DNA from: Raillietiella orientalis
Taxonomy: Eukaryota
Length of the DNA: 64,000 bases
NCBI GenBank assembly: GCA_036172245.1
Contig: JAYWIR010000034.1
Coordinates: 930,001 to 994,000 of the forward strand
Direction of reading: 5' to 3'
Position 1 is the first letter of the stretch; each line of letters begins with the position of its first letter. Of this stretch, positions 1-12,530 are shown in pieces. A model generated the notes under the pieces. That model saw only the letters and a list, made by a program, of their open reading frames with translations, had not been told where the DNA came from and made no database searches. Both the position numbers and the translations under genes were made by a program.

Positions 1-79
1 CTCCTCTTCCTCCTTCGCCCGGCCTGCCCCGGGAGGGGTCGCCGCCGCAGCACCGGTGACCGCGCCGCTTGCCTTCCAG

Positions 80-3000
80 TGCCTGCACTTCTTCTACGGC
101 CTGGGCGCCTTCGTCGCCCCGCTCATCACGGAGCCGTTCCTGCTGAACGAAGACTGCACCCCCTTTCTGCAGGAAGGCCCGGGGAACGCGTCGTCCGTCC
201 TGGGCCTGAGGGAAGCGCAGGACCTATCCAAGATACAGTACGCCTTCTGGATCCTGGCCATACTGCAGGTGAGTTGAACTTTTGCTCCCTCGAGGATGTC
301 GCCGGCAGCGCGCAGATCGCCGTTTTCGCGCCGCGGGCGGAGGGAGGGAAGGGGGCGCGCCGTCGGGAACCCAGTTTCCGTGGGAAGGAGACGGGAGAAG
401 AGGCCTGGGGTGGCAGACAGCTCCCCTCGTTACCGCGCTTGAGCAAGGAGCCTCCCGTCGGCAGCCCGCAACTGGCTCCAGGAGAACGGCGGAGGCGCCA
501 CGTCGTCCGTCTCCTCGAGCCGCGGGCGAGAAGACGCAGGATTCTCTCCGAGGCTGCCGGAAGGGTGGCGCGCACGCCCTCTGGCGGACACCCGCCGCGT
601 GGCAGTGCGCTCCTCCTACTCACCGTCCCTCTTCCTCCTGCTGTTCCTGCTGCTGTCTCCGCCTTGCACAGGTCCGCTTCTCTCGCGAGCGCCTACCTTT
701 CCCGGCGCCGTGTCGCCGTCTGGAGGAAGCACGGAGGCTGTCCGCGTTCCGGAAAACAACCAGACGTCGAAAAGAGTCTCGAAGTAAAGAATCGCTTCGG
801 CATCCTTCCGTTTCCTTCTCGCGGTGTGAGGAACGGCCGCTCTCCCGGCTGCGGTTCCGTTTCCATTCCCCTACACCCTCTTGCCCTACAACGATGCGCA
901 CACACGCGTCCGGTCGGACGGCCGGGAAAGCCCACACTTTCCTCCCCATCGCGGGTGCACCGACCGACGCACGCCCTTCTTCAAGGGTGCTGGAGATCAG
1001 AGGAGGGAAGGGGGGGGGGGGCTAAAGATCCCCAGGGCATGCTGGATTCCTGCGCCTTGCAGCCGAGGCTCGAAATCCATAATAAACTCCCAACTGCTTT
1101 CCCTCATTCCATCGGGATTAAACGTATCCAACTTCTTTTTGGTATTCCATGGCTCCCACGCACGAGGAGGACCTCCCCTTCCGAGCGCTTCCGGCGGAGA
1201 GTCGGCCATCGCGGCACCTCAGGGCTTGCGTCTGCAATCTCTCCCGCCTGTCGTTGGGGTAGGATGATGGGACCTTGTCGGAAGGGGGCATTTGTCGATG
1301 GGGTGGGTTTCCTCGCCCGCAGCGTCCTCGTTTCCCGCAGCAGCTCGGCTTGCTTCCACCCCCACACAGGCCCTCCCCCTGCCATTTCCAAGGATCTCCA
1401 TCGATCGAAGAGAGCAATTTCGCGCGTGCGTTCGGGAAAAGCGTTCAGAAGAAAGGAGGTCGGGGAAAAACGAGGCCCGCCGGATCTCTCGCATCGCTTT
1501 TTTTTCTTCTTTGCTTTCTTTCTTGCTTGCTTGCTTCCTTCCTACCCGCGGAGCGAGCGAGGATCCGACGACGATGCCAGACAAGACAAAGACCAGAAGA
1601 CGCTTGAATTCTCACCCGGTCACGTCGGAGCGTTTGCTAGGGGAAAATCGGCGAGGAAACACGCGAAGACGGTGGGACGTGCCTGTTTCGGCAGCCGGGA
1701 TTCGGCGCACGTGGCTCCTCCCGCCATCGACACGATCAGACTGTGGCCATCGCGCGAATGGTTGTTGTAGCGGCCTTGCTCGGAACACCTTCGCCTTTCG
1801 CTCCTCGTCGGCCGCTGATTGCCGGCCTTCCGTCGAATGTGCTGAGCAGCCCTGACGCAGCGGCCGATCCCCCGTCGTTCCAGGCATCAGAAGACTCACT
1901 GGTGCATTGGCGGGGCGCCGACAGACGGTGCCTGTCCGAGGGCGGGCAGCCCACGCGCGAACCTTCCGGGAAAGACAAGAGGACGAAGGTTCCATGCGTG
2001 CTTCGAGTATTTCGGGTGGAGGACCGTTTCTTCTTCGACATATCTGATGCAGAAAGTGGAAGAAAAGGAAAAGAAGAAACGCGCGCAGGAGGAGGACCGC
2101 TGGTTTCCGAGGAGATGCAGGCAAGAAGGCAGGGAACAGCTCTTCTAACCGGAACGCGAAACTCCGCCTTTAGCTTCCGAAGTTTCTGGCAATTCGCTTT
2201 GGACTTTCGCTCTCCGTCGACTGCTCTGGCTTTTTCTCCCCCAGTTCCTTCCTGGGGTTTTCATCATCCCGATTCATCGATCGTCTCAGCGACCCGACGA
2301 ATGCCTTTACTCGCTACGACAGGCGCAGGATCGTTTCTTTCTTGCTTCCGTTTGGCTCTTCCAAATGCAAAAATCTCCCTCGTCTGCTAAAGTGCTTCGG
2401 GCGGGCAGTCTTCGTGCGAGCGGAAAGCGAGGATGCTTGGCATTTCCTTCCTCGGCTCCTGGGCACGGGAATCGCCACTTTTGTCGCAGTGTCCTCGCGC
2501 GTGTAAAGCTCACTTCTTCCTTGCTCTGTCTTGCACTCAACATGCACGTCCGCTCCCTCTCTGCCGCGTATTTCACTTTGTTTCGTTTTTTCGAATGCGT
2601 TTTCGTATCGCGTAGCACGAGCAGGCTTGCCAGTACTCCTTGGTTGTCGAAACACGAGATCTGTCGGCGTTTCGTCCGTAGCATCCAACCTTGAGAGGAA
2701 CAGAAAAGGCCACACTCTTTCGAGACTTTCGACATCTCGCATTCCGGTGCGCTCTTTCGATCGCCCATCTTTCGCACGAGAGGAAACTCCGTGCATCTGT
2801 GCGTTTCAGTCGAGACGGTACGTTCAGATCATCGGATTCTCACTTTGTCACGGTTGCTAAGGCACTGGAATCGCCAGGCTGCGTGGAACTGCGTGTCGCT
2901 GGTTGCGTTTCCTAGGTGACACAGAAAATAGCAAGTCTTTCCTTCAGGGTGGGCCTTTGCTTGCACGTGGAAGTCTTTTCACTGTATGGGCGCATTCCGA

Positions 3001-6000
3001 TCACCGCATGTTTTTCCAATCCCCTAAAATGCAACGTCCATCCTTGTCCTGTTTACGGTGCGAGTGCTTGCAAACATTTTCGTGCATGGTGTTTTCGCGA
3101 TGGGGGTCAGCGAAGCCCACCTGTTCTGATCTGCGAAGTGCGAAACCGTGGTGACGGTGCAGAGATTCGGGGAGCCCGGTTACTTGGGAAAACTCGCACG
3201 TGAGGTCATTGTGCATTACGTGCTTCGCGCTTTTTCAGCTTGTTCCCTACGCACAATCGCACAAAATACGCAAATACAGGATTTCCCCCCACCCCCCCTC
3301 ACGGATGGGTGACGCCCAATCGGTGGTACATTTGGCAGGTGAAACTTATATACTCACGCTCGAGACCACAGGCTTCCCCTCCCCTTCAGATAGACGGGGT
3401 GTCGGGAGTGGCACGTTTCTTAAAAGCGACTACTCACCCAGTTCCTGTTCGGTTGCGGGAACCATCTCGTAACGTTTGCCTTCATTAGCTGATTGCTTCC
3501 CAATTCTTCCAACGATATCCCCCCCCACATTCGAAACTCCCGAATTCAAGCCGGTAGCCAAAAAGCCTTCGCCCGTGATAGCCCAGAGGCTCATTTCGCA
3601 CTTGCAAGAGGAAGTGGAGAACGAGCGGTTGGCATCCGCGAGTTTTTCGGTTATCTTGGGCTCCTCTTACTCCAGTCCGCATCTTGGGACATCCTGTTCG
3701 TATCGCATTTCCGAAGGCGAGAAGTTGCGCTGCAGAATAGTTCCTTTCCACCATCGACTTTTCCTTTGCGCCCAAGCAGACAGCCAAATAAATGGCTCTC
3801 CTGTTTTCTCAGCCTACCTACCGACTTGGAGTTCTAGGAAATGCGAGCGGGGCGTCGGCGGTGCCGGGTGGTGGTCCACGTTGGAGATTGTCCTCATTTT
3901 ATCCTGCAAGCTGCAAGGCCGCTTTCCGGATTTGTCCTCGGGAGGCAGACGGCCGAGGCAGATCCGTTCCAGGGGCGCCTACCGAAAGCGCTCCGTTTCC
4001 GCAGACAACGAACGAAGCGAGGGAGCGCTGAAAGCACGCAGCAGCCGCAGTCGGCAACCGCTGGGATATTCAGTGGTCAGCAGTGGTTGATGCCCAAACC
4101 GCGAGAGCACGTGGGGGATTCGAGGGTGGTTTGGCGTCGAACGCGGACTCGCCGTGGGCAGAACGGAGCCCACCAAGGCAGGAGTTTCGCGGTCGGTCCG
4201 CAATGCCTTGCTTTCCTCACTAGCTCGCTAGGCAAAGAAGGTGACGGAAGGGAATGTGGTCCGCGAATGGGGTATTCGTTCCCACCTGAATTCTGCTGTA
4301 GGGAAGACGGGGACGGCAACGCATCCGTGCCTAGCGCTCACATGAATCCGTGTCTGTCGGATTGTCTCGTGCAAGTGGAAGACCGGGCTGCATGCACTGC
4401 TTGCGCAATTCTTGGTGCAATCGACGATGTGGGGGGAAAAAACAGAATGGATCCGACGAAACATTGTGCAGGGTTCAAGGATCCGATGCATGCCATGCAT
4501 CCTGACCTATTGCAATCCTTTCTTGTACAGCGTTGCTCGATAAGTGCCCTTCTGTATGCACGGAGAGTGCCGACGCGATGTCTACGCTCCACAATCGGCA
4601 CCTTCGATCCCTGCAAATGGGCAAGCGTTTTGCAGGAAGAATGCGCTAAACTGATAAAATGTTTCTAAATTCACCCGACCCCGCGGCGCTCGCTAATTCT
4701 CTGGCATCTCCATCAGGAAAACGAACGGAAAAATATCCACTCTTCGCCTGGAACAAGACAGAACACACGACTCTCTTGCCTGTTTGTGATCGTTAGACTT
4801 TCTTTGTCGATCATGATGGAACCAGCGTGCTTTTTCCAACAGTGGGAGTCGTATGAAAATGCCTGAAGGCAGGAAATGTGGATCCTAGACAAATGCGGGA
4901 AAAAGGAAGAAACAAAGAAGCAAAAAGTCCGATCCCTTTGCCAGTGCGCTTGTTGCTCTGGACAAAATTGAGGAAGCAGCAACGGGATTTGATTCTGCGA
5001 CCCTCTCTCCAGGGAAGATAAACTTTTGCGTCGGCGTCATGCAGCACGGACATCAGCACAGAAAGACTGCTCGCGAATTCCGATGCCGGCGTATCTGAAA
5101 AGCGAGAAATCTTCGTTTCGCGTTGCTGCGCAGGAGGCAGCAAACATCGCGCTCTGTTCCAAAAAAGGAAAGGGTCGTTTGCTTTCCGTTTGCGCTTCTC
5201 CTCAAGGTGAAATGTCCTCACTCTTTTCGAAGACGTCTTTTGCGCACCTTCGGGATGCCCGTTGGGGAGTGTAGGGCGCTTCCATTCTTTCCTTTCTAGA
5301 CACTGCGGGGGTGTTCTGCAGGCACCGAAATCACCCCGCAGGCCTCTTTTCTTCTCTTGGCATCCCTTCGCAGTTCGAGCTCGTAACATCGCTACCCGTG
5401 ACGCCCCTGAAACGACGAAGGTGGCTTTTCGGAACAGGCGCAGCTCACCCGTTCGAGCGAGCGACGTTCGAAAGAGCACTTTCTCCGCGTCTCAACTCGG
5501 GCAGCACGGACGAGTGCGACCGCAACGTGGCGGTGACCACCGCGGACCCAGCGGTCACTTGAATTCGGAAGAGCGGCAGCAGTCGTTGGTGCGCGGATCG
5601 CTGCGTTCGCCACGCTGGCAGACAGGGAAATCCCCGCCCGAAGCCATACGACGGGTCGGCAAGAGGCAACTACAGGAGTCGGCACGCGTCGCTGCAACAA
5701 CCCACGTTCGGTCGAGCACGTCGGTGGGTAAACGGGAAGTCGCCAGCTCAGCAGGGGGAGGGGAGTGGGGTGCGGGAGGGGAGAGGTACGAATTTTCAGA
5801 CGAATGGAAGGCTTCGGCGTGTGGAGCGAGTGCGCGGGCGCCAGTGGATTCCGCGCGCACGCGACCTTGACGTGCATCCTTGGAGAGCAGAGACCTTGGC
5901 AGCCTTGCGGTGCAGTACCGAAGTCAAAGTCTGCGATCTTCGAAGGGGGGCAGACGTCCGGCCTATCTGCTGCCGCCCTCCGCATGTCCGATTAGGCGCC

Positions 6001-9000
6001 GCGCGTGACCGGCAGGCAGTAGACTTTTCAAAGAATCTGATGGTTCGCAAGATGCATGAAAGGATAAAACTGTCATGCCTAATAGGGAAGACGTGACCGA
6101 CAGTCGATCGACGCTCGGGGATGGGTAGGCGGTCGCATGGCTGGGGGGAGCTCGGGCCAGCTTGGACCATTTCCGCGGATCGGAGGGAAAGGGAGGAGTG
6201 GTGGGGGAACGGAGACCGGGCACGAGCGGTCCCTGAATGGAGCACAACGAGGAGGAAGGCTTGCCCATCCGAGGCGCTTCTATGGGAAGGATGGAGTCAG
6301 GTGTAGAATAGAAGGCAGGTTTTCGCTGCTCGGACTGCGACCACCCGGGGCGAAGAAAAAGTTCACCCCGGGTCGCGCTCCCGTTCCGCCTTCCGATCGG
6401 CGGAGGTCCCCGTCTTCAGGTCAGCGTTGCATTCGGTTGCGGAAGGAGCGGGCGGCTCGTCACCGGACGTGCATGGCGCGCGCTTCCCGGTCTCTAATGC
6501 TGTCCTGCTTTCCCCGTCTAACGTTCCCTCTCTGCAGCTTCCTGTCGTGGGAATGGTGTTCCTCTTGCTGAGGAGGCTGCGCATCTCCGCAAGGGAGCAG
6601 TCCGAGGAAGAGGACACGAAGAAGGCGATTTCTCTGGAGGAGGTGAGTTCGGTTCTCCTCGTTCAAAGGGAGAAAGGGAGCACGCCACGCGTGATGGGGG
6701 TGGGGTTGGGTGTGCCAGACACGATGCGGAGCGCCTGCGCCTGCGAGTGCGCTTCAAGTGCCACGAACGCATCTTCGACCCGGCCGCGCGCACCTCCCTG
6801 CGGCCGCGAATGGGACGAGCGGCATTGCGCCAGGCTGGTTATCACCCGGGTGCGCCGGGGCGTTTATTACAAAACTATCCGGGAACAGAGTTCTCGGACA
6901 AAGGATACAGAAGAGACGAAGGGGTTGGATCCCCGACACGCAGGTCGGTATACCGAAAGTCCGGAACGGGAGGGAGGTGACCACAAATACACTAGTATAA
7001 AAAATAAAAATAAAGATATGGAGGGCAGAGGACAGGGGTCTTTGGTACGGCCGTTCCTTCCTTTCAGAACCGGCGATGGATGCCGGCGATCTCTCTCCTC
7101 ACGCCCTCTGGTAGATGGGCCCACTCGGCAGCCGACGACATGCTTGCGCCGGCTAATCCGGTAGGCTGACGAAGGATGGCCAGCTTCTCCAACTCTCGGT
7201 GGGCCTTCTCGATGGCGCGGGTGCAACACACGGTTGCGACGACAGCACCTAAAGACAGGCCGCCTGGCGTGAAGAAGCGGCGCATCCAGTCTCTCGCGGT
7301 GTCCCCCTGGTGCAGGAGAGCTGAGGTCAGCCTCCGCCACAGTTCTAGGAGGGCACCGCAGTCCAAGAGCAGGTGCGGGAGCGTTTCCACTTCCCCGCAC
7401 CGCTTACAGTTTGGGGAGACAACTCCCCCGGAAACACGGTTCGTGCGCCAGGCTGGTAGGAGCGAAGGGGCGCACTTCCCACGGGCGCGCCCCAGATTGT
7501 TCTGGGACCGACGAGCATGCATCCTAGCTGCTTCTGCCGAAGTCGGTCCGCTATCGGCGGGGTCAGGCGAATCGGCATGCGACGAAGATGTGCAGATTCG
7601 TGGGGCAGGAAATTCGCATCTCTGCACCGGGGAGATTTCTCGTGTCGGCGCGTCCGCGTCCGGAGCAGCATCTCTCTCCCCTGCGAACCCGAGGAGGGAG
7701 CTTGCGGTCAGAGAGACGCGCCGCTCCGCGCCCGCGAGCTCCCGTGCGTGCCGCCTGCGAAGAGGATCCCGTTGAGGGAGGGAAAGGGTGAAGGAGGGAG
7801 GAAGGCATGTCGTGGAGAAGGTCCCTGGGGCCCGTGGATCTGCTCCCGAGCACTTGTAGGTGGGGGCAAGGTGGCTCGCCCAGTTCTGAATAACCGTTGG
7901 CCTTCTTAGGGGGAGGAGGCAAGAAGGTTGTTAACGCTGCCCGAGGGCTCGTGTTACGTCTTCAAGTTAAGGGGGTACCCAGAGAGGGTCCCTCCCTACG
8001 AATCCAGGACGGCTCCGGAGGTGGGAGTCACTCACTCGTTGGGAGAGAACCCAGGAGGGATTCCTGCCTGCCTCGTTGTCTCCGCAGGGCCGAAGGGAAT
8101 CCCGAAGGGAACCGGCTCCTTGGTTCCTGGAAGGACCCCGGAGGGTCGACTTCCCATCCCGGCCATTCCACAAAAGTGTCCAGCTTTCACCGTTGCCGTC
8201 GCCCCCGAATAAGCCAACCAGCTCCACCACACGGGGGGGGAGGAGAACCGAAACCCCCCATTCTCTCTACGTCGACCCTCCGCGCGGGGATTCGAACCCG
8301 CGACGCGCAGAGACCGCAGCCGCACGGCCTCCAGCGCGAGCAGGCAGGTGGCGGCAGAGTTGGCGCGCGCCACCAGATTCCCTCCGTAGATGCGAGGGAG
8401 CACGCGGAGGCACGAGGGGCAGGAGATCCTGGGAGATCCCTTTCCGCCCGCCGCTGCTCGAGCAGCCGGGGCGGCGCCGCCTGCGCAGGATGCAGGATAA
8501 GGTGAACCGCTTTCCCCTGCCCTTGTTGCCGGAAAGGCGGAGGCCGAGCAGGTCGTCTTGCGGGCGAAGAATACGTTGGAGCGAAGCGGTGCAGGAGGCA
8601 AACGGTCACCGCATGGGCGCGCCCCCCCTCCCTCCCCCCTCTCGGATGGGAAGATCCGCTCTCGGGTCTTCGAGCATGCGCAGGGCGCAACGCGCTTCCC
8701 ATAGCTACAGCGGCAACCTCTCCCGCTCGGGAGATTCGGGGGAGATCCACTTCCTGTCGAGGATGTCTTGGGGGGAGCGATGCTCGTTGCTGCCCTTCCT
8801 TCGAACCCTCGGGGTAGTCCCGGGAGGGTTCGCGTCCTACTCTGGCGTTTCCGAAGCGTTGTCCGTCCATCCATCTCGTCGCACGTGCCCTCCGGCAAGG
8901 AGGACTCCTCCCTAGGAGTGACCGTCCCCCTGTCCCGAGCTGGGGGAACGGCCCGCAGGAAGAGGTGCAGAGCGCGTGGGCCGACCGCTCGCGCCCGTCC

Positions 9001-11341
9001 CTGGACGGACTCGCGGGCGCGGCGGGCGCAGCTGTGGAGCTCGCGCACGCCTTCCTCGTAGGTTACGAGGACGTGGCGCAAATGCCCACGGCGTGTCGAC
9101 CGATCCTACCCGTTGGCAGGTGGAGATTAGGGCGAAGAGCGAGAAGTAATCTGCTTCGCAACGGTACGTGCGGGTGCTGGCACGGGACGAGGGGGAGGGC
9201 GCCGAGTAGCGCGGGCGCACATCATCGCGGAGGCGCACGCTAGCCGTCCGAGAGACGAGGAGCGAGGCTGTGAGCTTCCGCCATCCCCCTCCCTGCCTCG
9301 CTCATCGCCTTCCTCATCCGCACTTCTCTTCTGGACCTGCTCCCGCTCCGCTCCTTCCGAACCCAGTGTCCAGCATCCGAAGCTCCGTCACGGGGAGGAG
9401 CCCTCCATCAGCTGAGGCGCGAGTTCCCTCGGGAGAGCCGAGGGACCTGGTGCTCGACTTGCGACTCGCGGAAGGAGAGACCATCCGTCTCCGCGGCAAC
9501 CTGGAAAGGAAGGGAAAGGAAGAGGAAAGCGAGCCCCTTTTCCGAGACTCTTCCTCCTCGCTGCTTCCTGCCTGCTTCCTGACCGGCGACTCTCTGTTTC
9601 CTTTTTTCCAGGGAAGCGCCGCCGCCGCCTCCGTGGAAGGAAGCTACGAATCTCTGTTGACCTCCGGTCAAGTCTACACGGTCCTGTTCGCCGTAGCAGG
9701 GGTTATCTTCCTCTATGAGGGACTGGAGGTGCACCACTGAGCACCGCGAGCGCTTCCCCCGTCACTTCCTTGGGTGCCCTTCCAGTCGGTGTTCTCCAGC
9801 TTCATCTACACCTACGCCATCAAGTCCCACCTGCAGTTGTCAAAGAGGCACGCGGTCCTGCTGAACGCCACCTTCTGGGGCGCCATCGCCGCAGGGAGGT
9901 TCCTTTCCATCGGCCTGTCCATCAAGTTCGCACCTTCCTCCATGCTCTTGTGCAGCATAGTAAGTGGTTGCGAGGCGACCGGCAACGGCGTCTTCATCCG
10001 CTCTCGGAGATCCGAGCGGTTGGCGAACGGTCAGCCAGCCGAGCGCGGCGCACACCCAGGGAAGATCCATGCGATGAACCCGACCAGGGGCAGGGAGGGA
10101 AGAAAGGGAGGGGAGGATGCGGGGATGCAATCGAACGCCGTCAGCTTCTGCAGCCGCGCTGCCGGGAATTTCGCTCCGGGACTCCGCGAAGACCCCGCAG
10201 CAAGCGCTCCCTTTTTGCCCCGCGACCTGGCAAACCGGGCATGCCACTGGCGGCCCCGCCTGGCTGTGGGAAGGAGGGTGCGTGCCCCTTTCCACCCTTC
10301 TTTATCCCCCCTCCTCCCTTCCTGCCTTCCTCCGTTTCCTCCTCCTCCTGGACGCCATCTCCTGCGAGCCGGCCTTCCCCCGGGAGGAGTGGTGCTTTCT
10401 CGTCCCGGAAAAAAAAAGAGCGCCCTCCTCCCCTACGGACGGTCTTCCGGAGGCATTGCTACCGGCGTGAGGGATGTGGGGGTGGAGGAGGAGGAAGAAA
10501 GGAAGAAAGGGGGGAGGGCATGGTTCATGAAATGATCCGCTCCCGCCGCCGCCGCACACGTCCGCGATCGCTGGCATTTTTCCTTCCCTCCCTCAGTACT
10601 CCTGCTTCGCCTCCCTGATGGTCATGGTCTTCGACCCCGAGGAATATGCTGCCCTGTTCGCGGGCACCTGCCTCCTCGGGCTCTCTATGAGCAATGTCTA
10701 CCCGACGGCCATCTCCCTGGCCAAGAGCTTCGTCAGGATGACCGGTAAGCGGTCGGGATGTTCCTTGCCTCCCCCCTCTCGGGAGTCCGCAGCTCACAGC
10801 CGCCCGCATCTCCATGGTCGTCACGGCAGCGGCCCTCGGAGAGATCCTGCTCCCCGTCGTCATTGGATACGTGAGTTCCGCCTCCCGAGCCGTTCCCGGA
10901 AATGCTCCTCCGTCGCGTCCTTCTCCTCCTCCCGAAGGAGATCAGCGGCTACGGAGCTCGCATCCTGCTGTCCAACTGCCTGGGGTTGATCGCCGCTTCC
11001 TTGCTCCTGTACTTCGTCCTGAGCAGCATCTCAGCCAGGCTGACCCGCCGCACAGGTCGCACCGCGCACGCCCTTCTCCCCTTCCTGCTAAAGGCCGCCT
11101 CCCTACTTCCTTTCCCCGTATTCCAGGAGTCTGGGCGGCGATCGAGGACAAGTGCGTCCGCCTGCGCGACAGGATGCGAGGGAGGAAGGATGCTGCTGAA
11201 GGCGGGGGCGCGGTCCCTTCCAGGAGGGAGGTCAGATACTACTCCAGAATGGTGTCGCGCGAGGGAGCCGGCGACCTTCCGAGACCCGAAGAGGTCGAGA
11301 GAGCAGGCTCGTTCCAGAAGCAGGAGGAAGAGCGATGCTGA
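80..11341 (+). CDS. MFSD4: Mirror copy of the eight 3' coding exons of the MFSD4-like gene (5' part outside window or absent)
   Basis: Exons 80-268, 6538-6642, 9612-9728, 9786-9959, 10597-10744, 10800-10870, 10938-11055, 11127-11341. Translations are identical to the minus-strand copy and splice sites are intact. Confidence 0.8.
6860..9560 (-). mobile_element. Decayed L1/Tx1-type non-LTR retrotransposon ORF2 remnant in an MFSD4 intron
   Basis: ORF 7064..7627 has the zf-RVT-like CKRCGEVETLPHLLLDC motif, followed by a 3' UTR with AATAAA (~6865). Upstream degenerate motifs occur in ORF2 order: RESVQGRARAV (cf. LSxxGR) and LRDDV (cf. YADD). Frameshifted. Confidence 0.6.
7950..8330 (-). repeat. 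Probable tRNA-derived SINE-like repeat (mirror at ~19140-19520)
   Basis: B-box-like GGTTCGAATCCC on the minus strand (~8288-8299). The body shares blocks CGAATCCA..ACGGCTCCGGAGG..GGAGTC and CCCGAAGGGAACC with 41340-41460. Confidence 0.4.
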
Positions 11342-11507
11342 GCGCACCATGCCCCGGAATGCTGCCTACTCCCTCTCCCTTCCCTCTTCACCCCCTCCCT
11401 TCTTCCCGCTCGTCCTTTCAGCGGGTCAGTCCCAAGCAACGTGTCTTTCCAAGGTCTTTCATGTGAGGTGCCATTCGGTCTTCCAGGTTCGGGACTCGGT
11501 CAGAGCC

Positions 11508-11513
11508 AATAAA
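11508..11513 (+). promoter_or_regulatory. Candidate polyadenylation signal (AATAAA) of the + strand MFSD4-like copy
   Basis: AATAAA ~170 nt after the stop codon at 11341, followed by a GT/T-rich stretch (GTGTTTCCTTTTTGG). Confidence 0.5.
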
Positions 11514-11669
11514 AAGGAACGGGAGACAGAAAAGGGCAGAGTGTTTCCTTTTTGGTGGGATGGAAGGGGAGGGAAAAAATTCGGTCAGGGTCCAGGGAAG
11601 AGGAATCAGACGGGTTCCCACCTGAGGTCCTCGCCGAGTGGTCATAAGAGGACCCGCCCCGAGGGGTTG

Positions 11670-12530
11670 CGCTTGGAGAGGACTCCTTTTTGGATGGCGG
11701 GGATCGACGACGATGCCGTTGGGAAACTAGGAAAGCGTGGCGCTCCGGGAGAGGGTGAAATTCCGGCGGAATGGTTCCCGGTTTTCGCCGCAGAGTTGCT
11801 TCCCCCGGTGCAGAGGCTGACCGTGCTAATTTCGGGAGCGTCGGGAGAGGGGAGAGGTGCCTGCCTGCCTCCTTCCGGTCATCTCGAGTCCGTCTCCTCC
11901 CGAAAGCAGGAAACTCACGACCAACAGGCGTCCGACCACCTCGGTGAACTCGAACGTGAAGCTGCTCTCGACGCGGAGGGCCTTGTGCCTGGGGCGGGCT
12001 GCAAACCCGTCATCAGCTCCCGATGCAGTGCTATGCTGTCCCTGGCAGGAGCATGGAAAGCAACCTGTTCTTTGTGCTGACCTGGTTTCGTCTGCAGAAG
12101 AGGGTCGCGGCCGAGTGCCGAAACGCTAGATAGAAGAACCCAAAGAGGTACCAGACCGACGGACCAGAAAGAGTGGAAGCGCCTGGGGCCTGGATGATCG
12201 CAGTCCATCTCGGAAAGGCGCTCGACCGAATGAAGCAGGAAACTCTCTCTGGAGCTCCTGGAATGCTTTGGTCCCCCGCAAACTCTTTTGTTCTACTTGC
12301 GCTCGCATGATCGCGATGCGCTCTTGTCGCTTGCACCCTCTCCTGTTCATCATCTTCGAGTTGGCGCAGAACGCACACACGAAAAGCCCTGGTGACCCTG
12401 CCGTCCTTCAGCCCTGATACATCCACGATCTTCCTTTCCTTCTCCCCATGTCGATCCCTACGGTGTCGCCCGAGGAATTCTCCGAGTTACTACAGCGGGG
12501 CGTGCGAACGAGAGCGAAGAGCATGACATC
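11670..12530 (+). mobile_element. Mirror copy of the N-terminal part of the RT remnant, truncated at the palindrome junction
   Basis: Same RT motifs as 15800->14940; homology ends abruptly at 12530. Confidence 0.65.

Larger units (their letters stand above)
1..12530 (+). repeat. Left arm of giant inverted repeat (>=12.5 kb; truncated by window start)
   Basis: Base 1 onward is the reverse complement of 27457 downward. ORF pairs mirror with coordinate sums 27458-27470 (56..277/27181..27402, 9270..9740/17728..18198, 12031..12426/15044..15439). Identity stops after ...GAGCATGACATC at 12530. Confidence 0.98.

Noticed and set aside
79..1770. Long ORFs in the GC-rich region (563 aa 79..1770, 392 aa 10902..12080, 350 aa 30419..31471, 336 aa 27617..28627, etc.)
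   Set aside because: Arg/Pro/Ser/Gly-rich, overlapping in all frames, no recognisable domains, and intronic. Expected from stop-codon scarcity at high GC.
8270..8330. Possible tRNA gene (GGTTCGAATCCC); also ~41830
   Set aside because: No cloverleaf or acceptor stem can be built; better explained as a SINE-like head.
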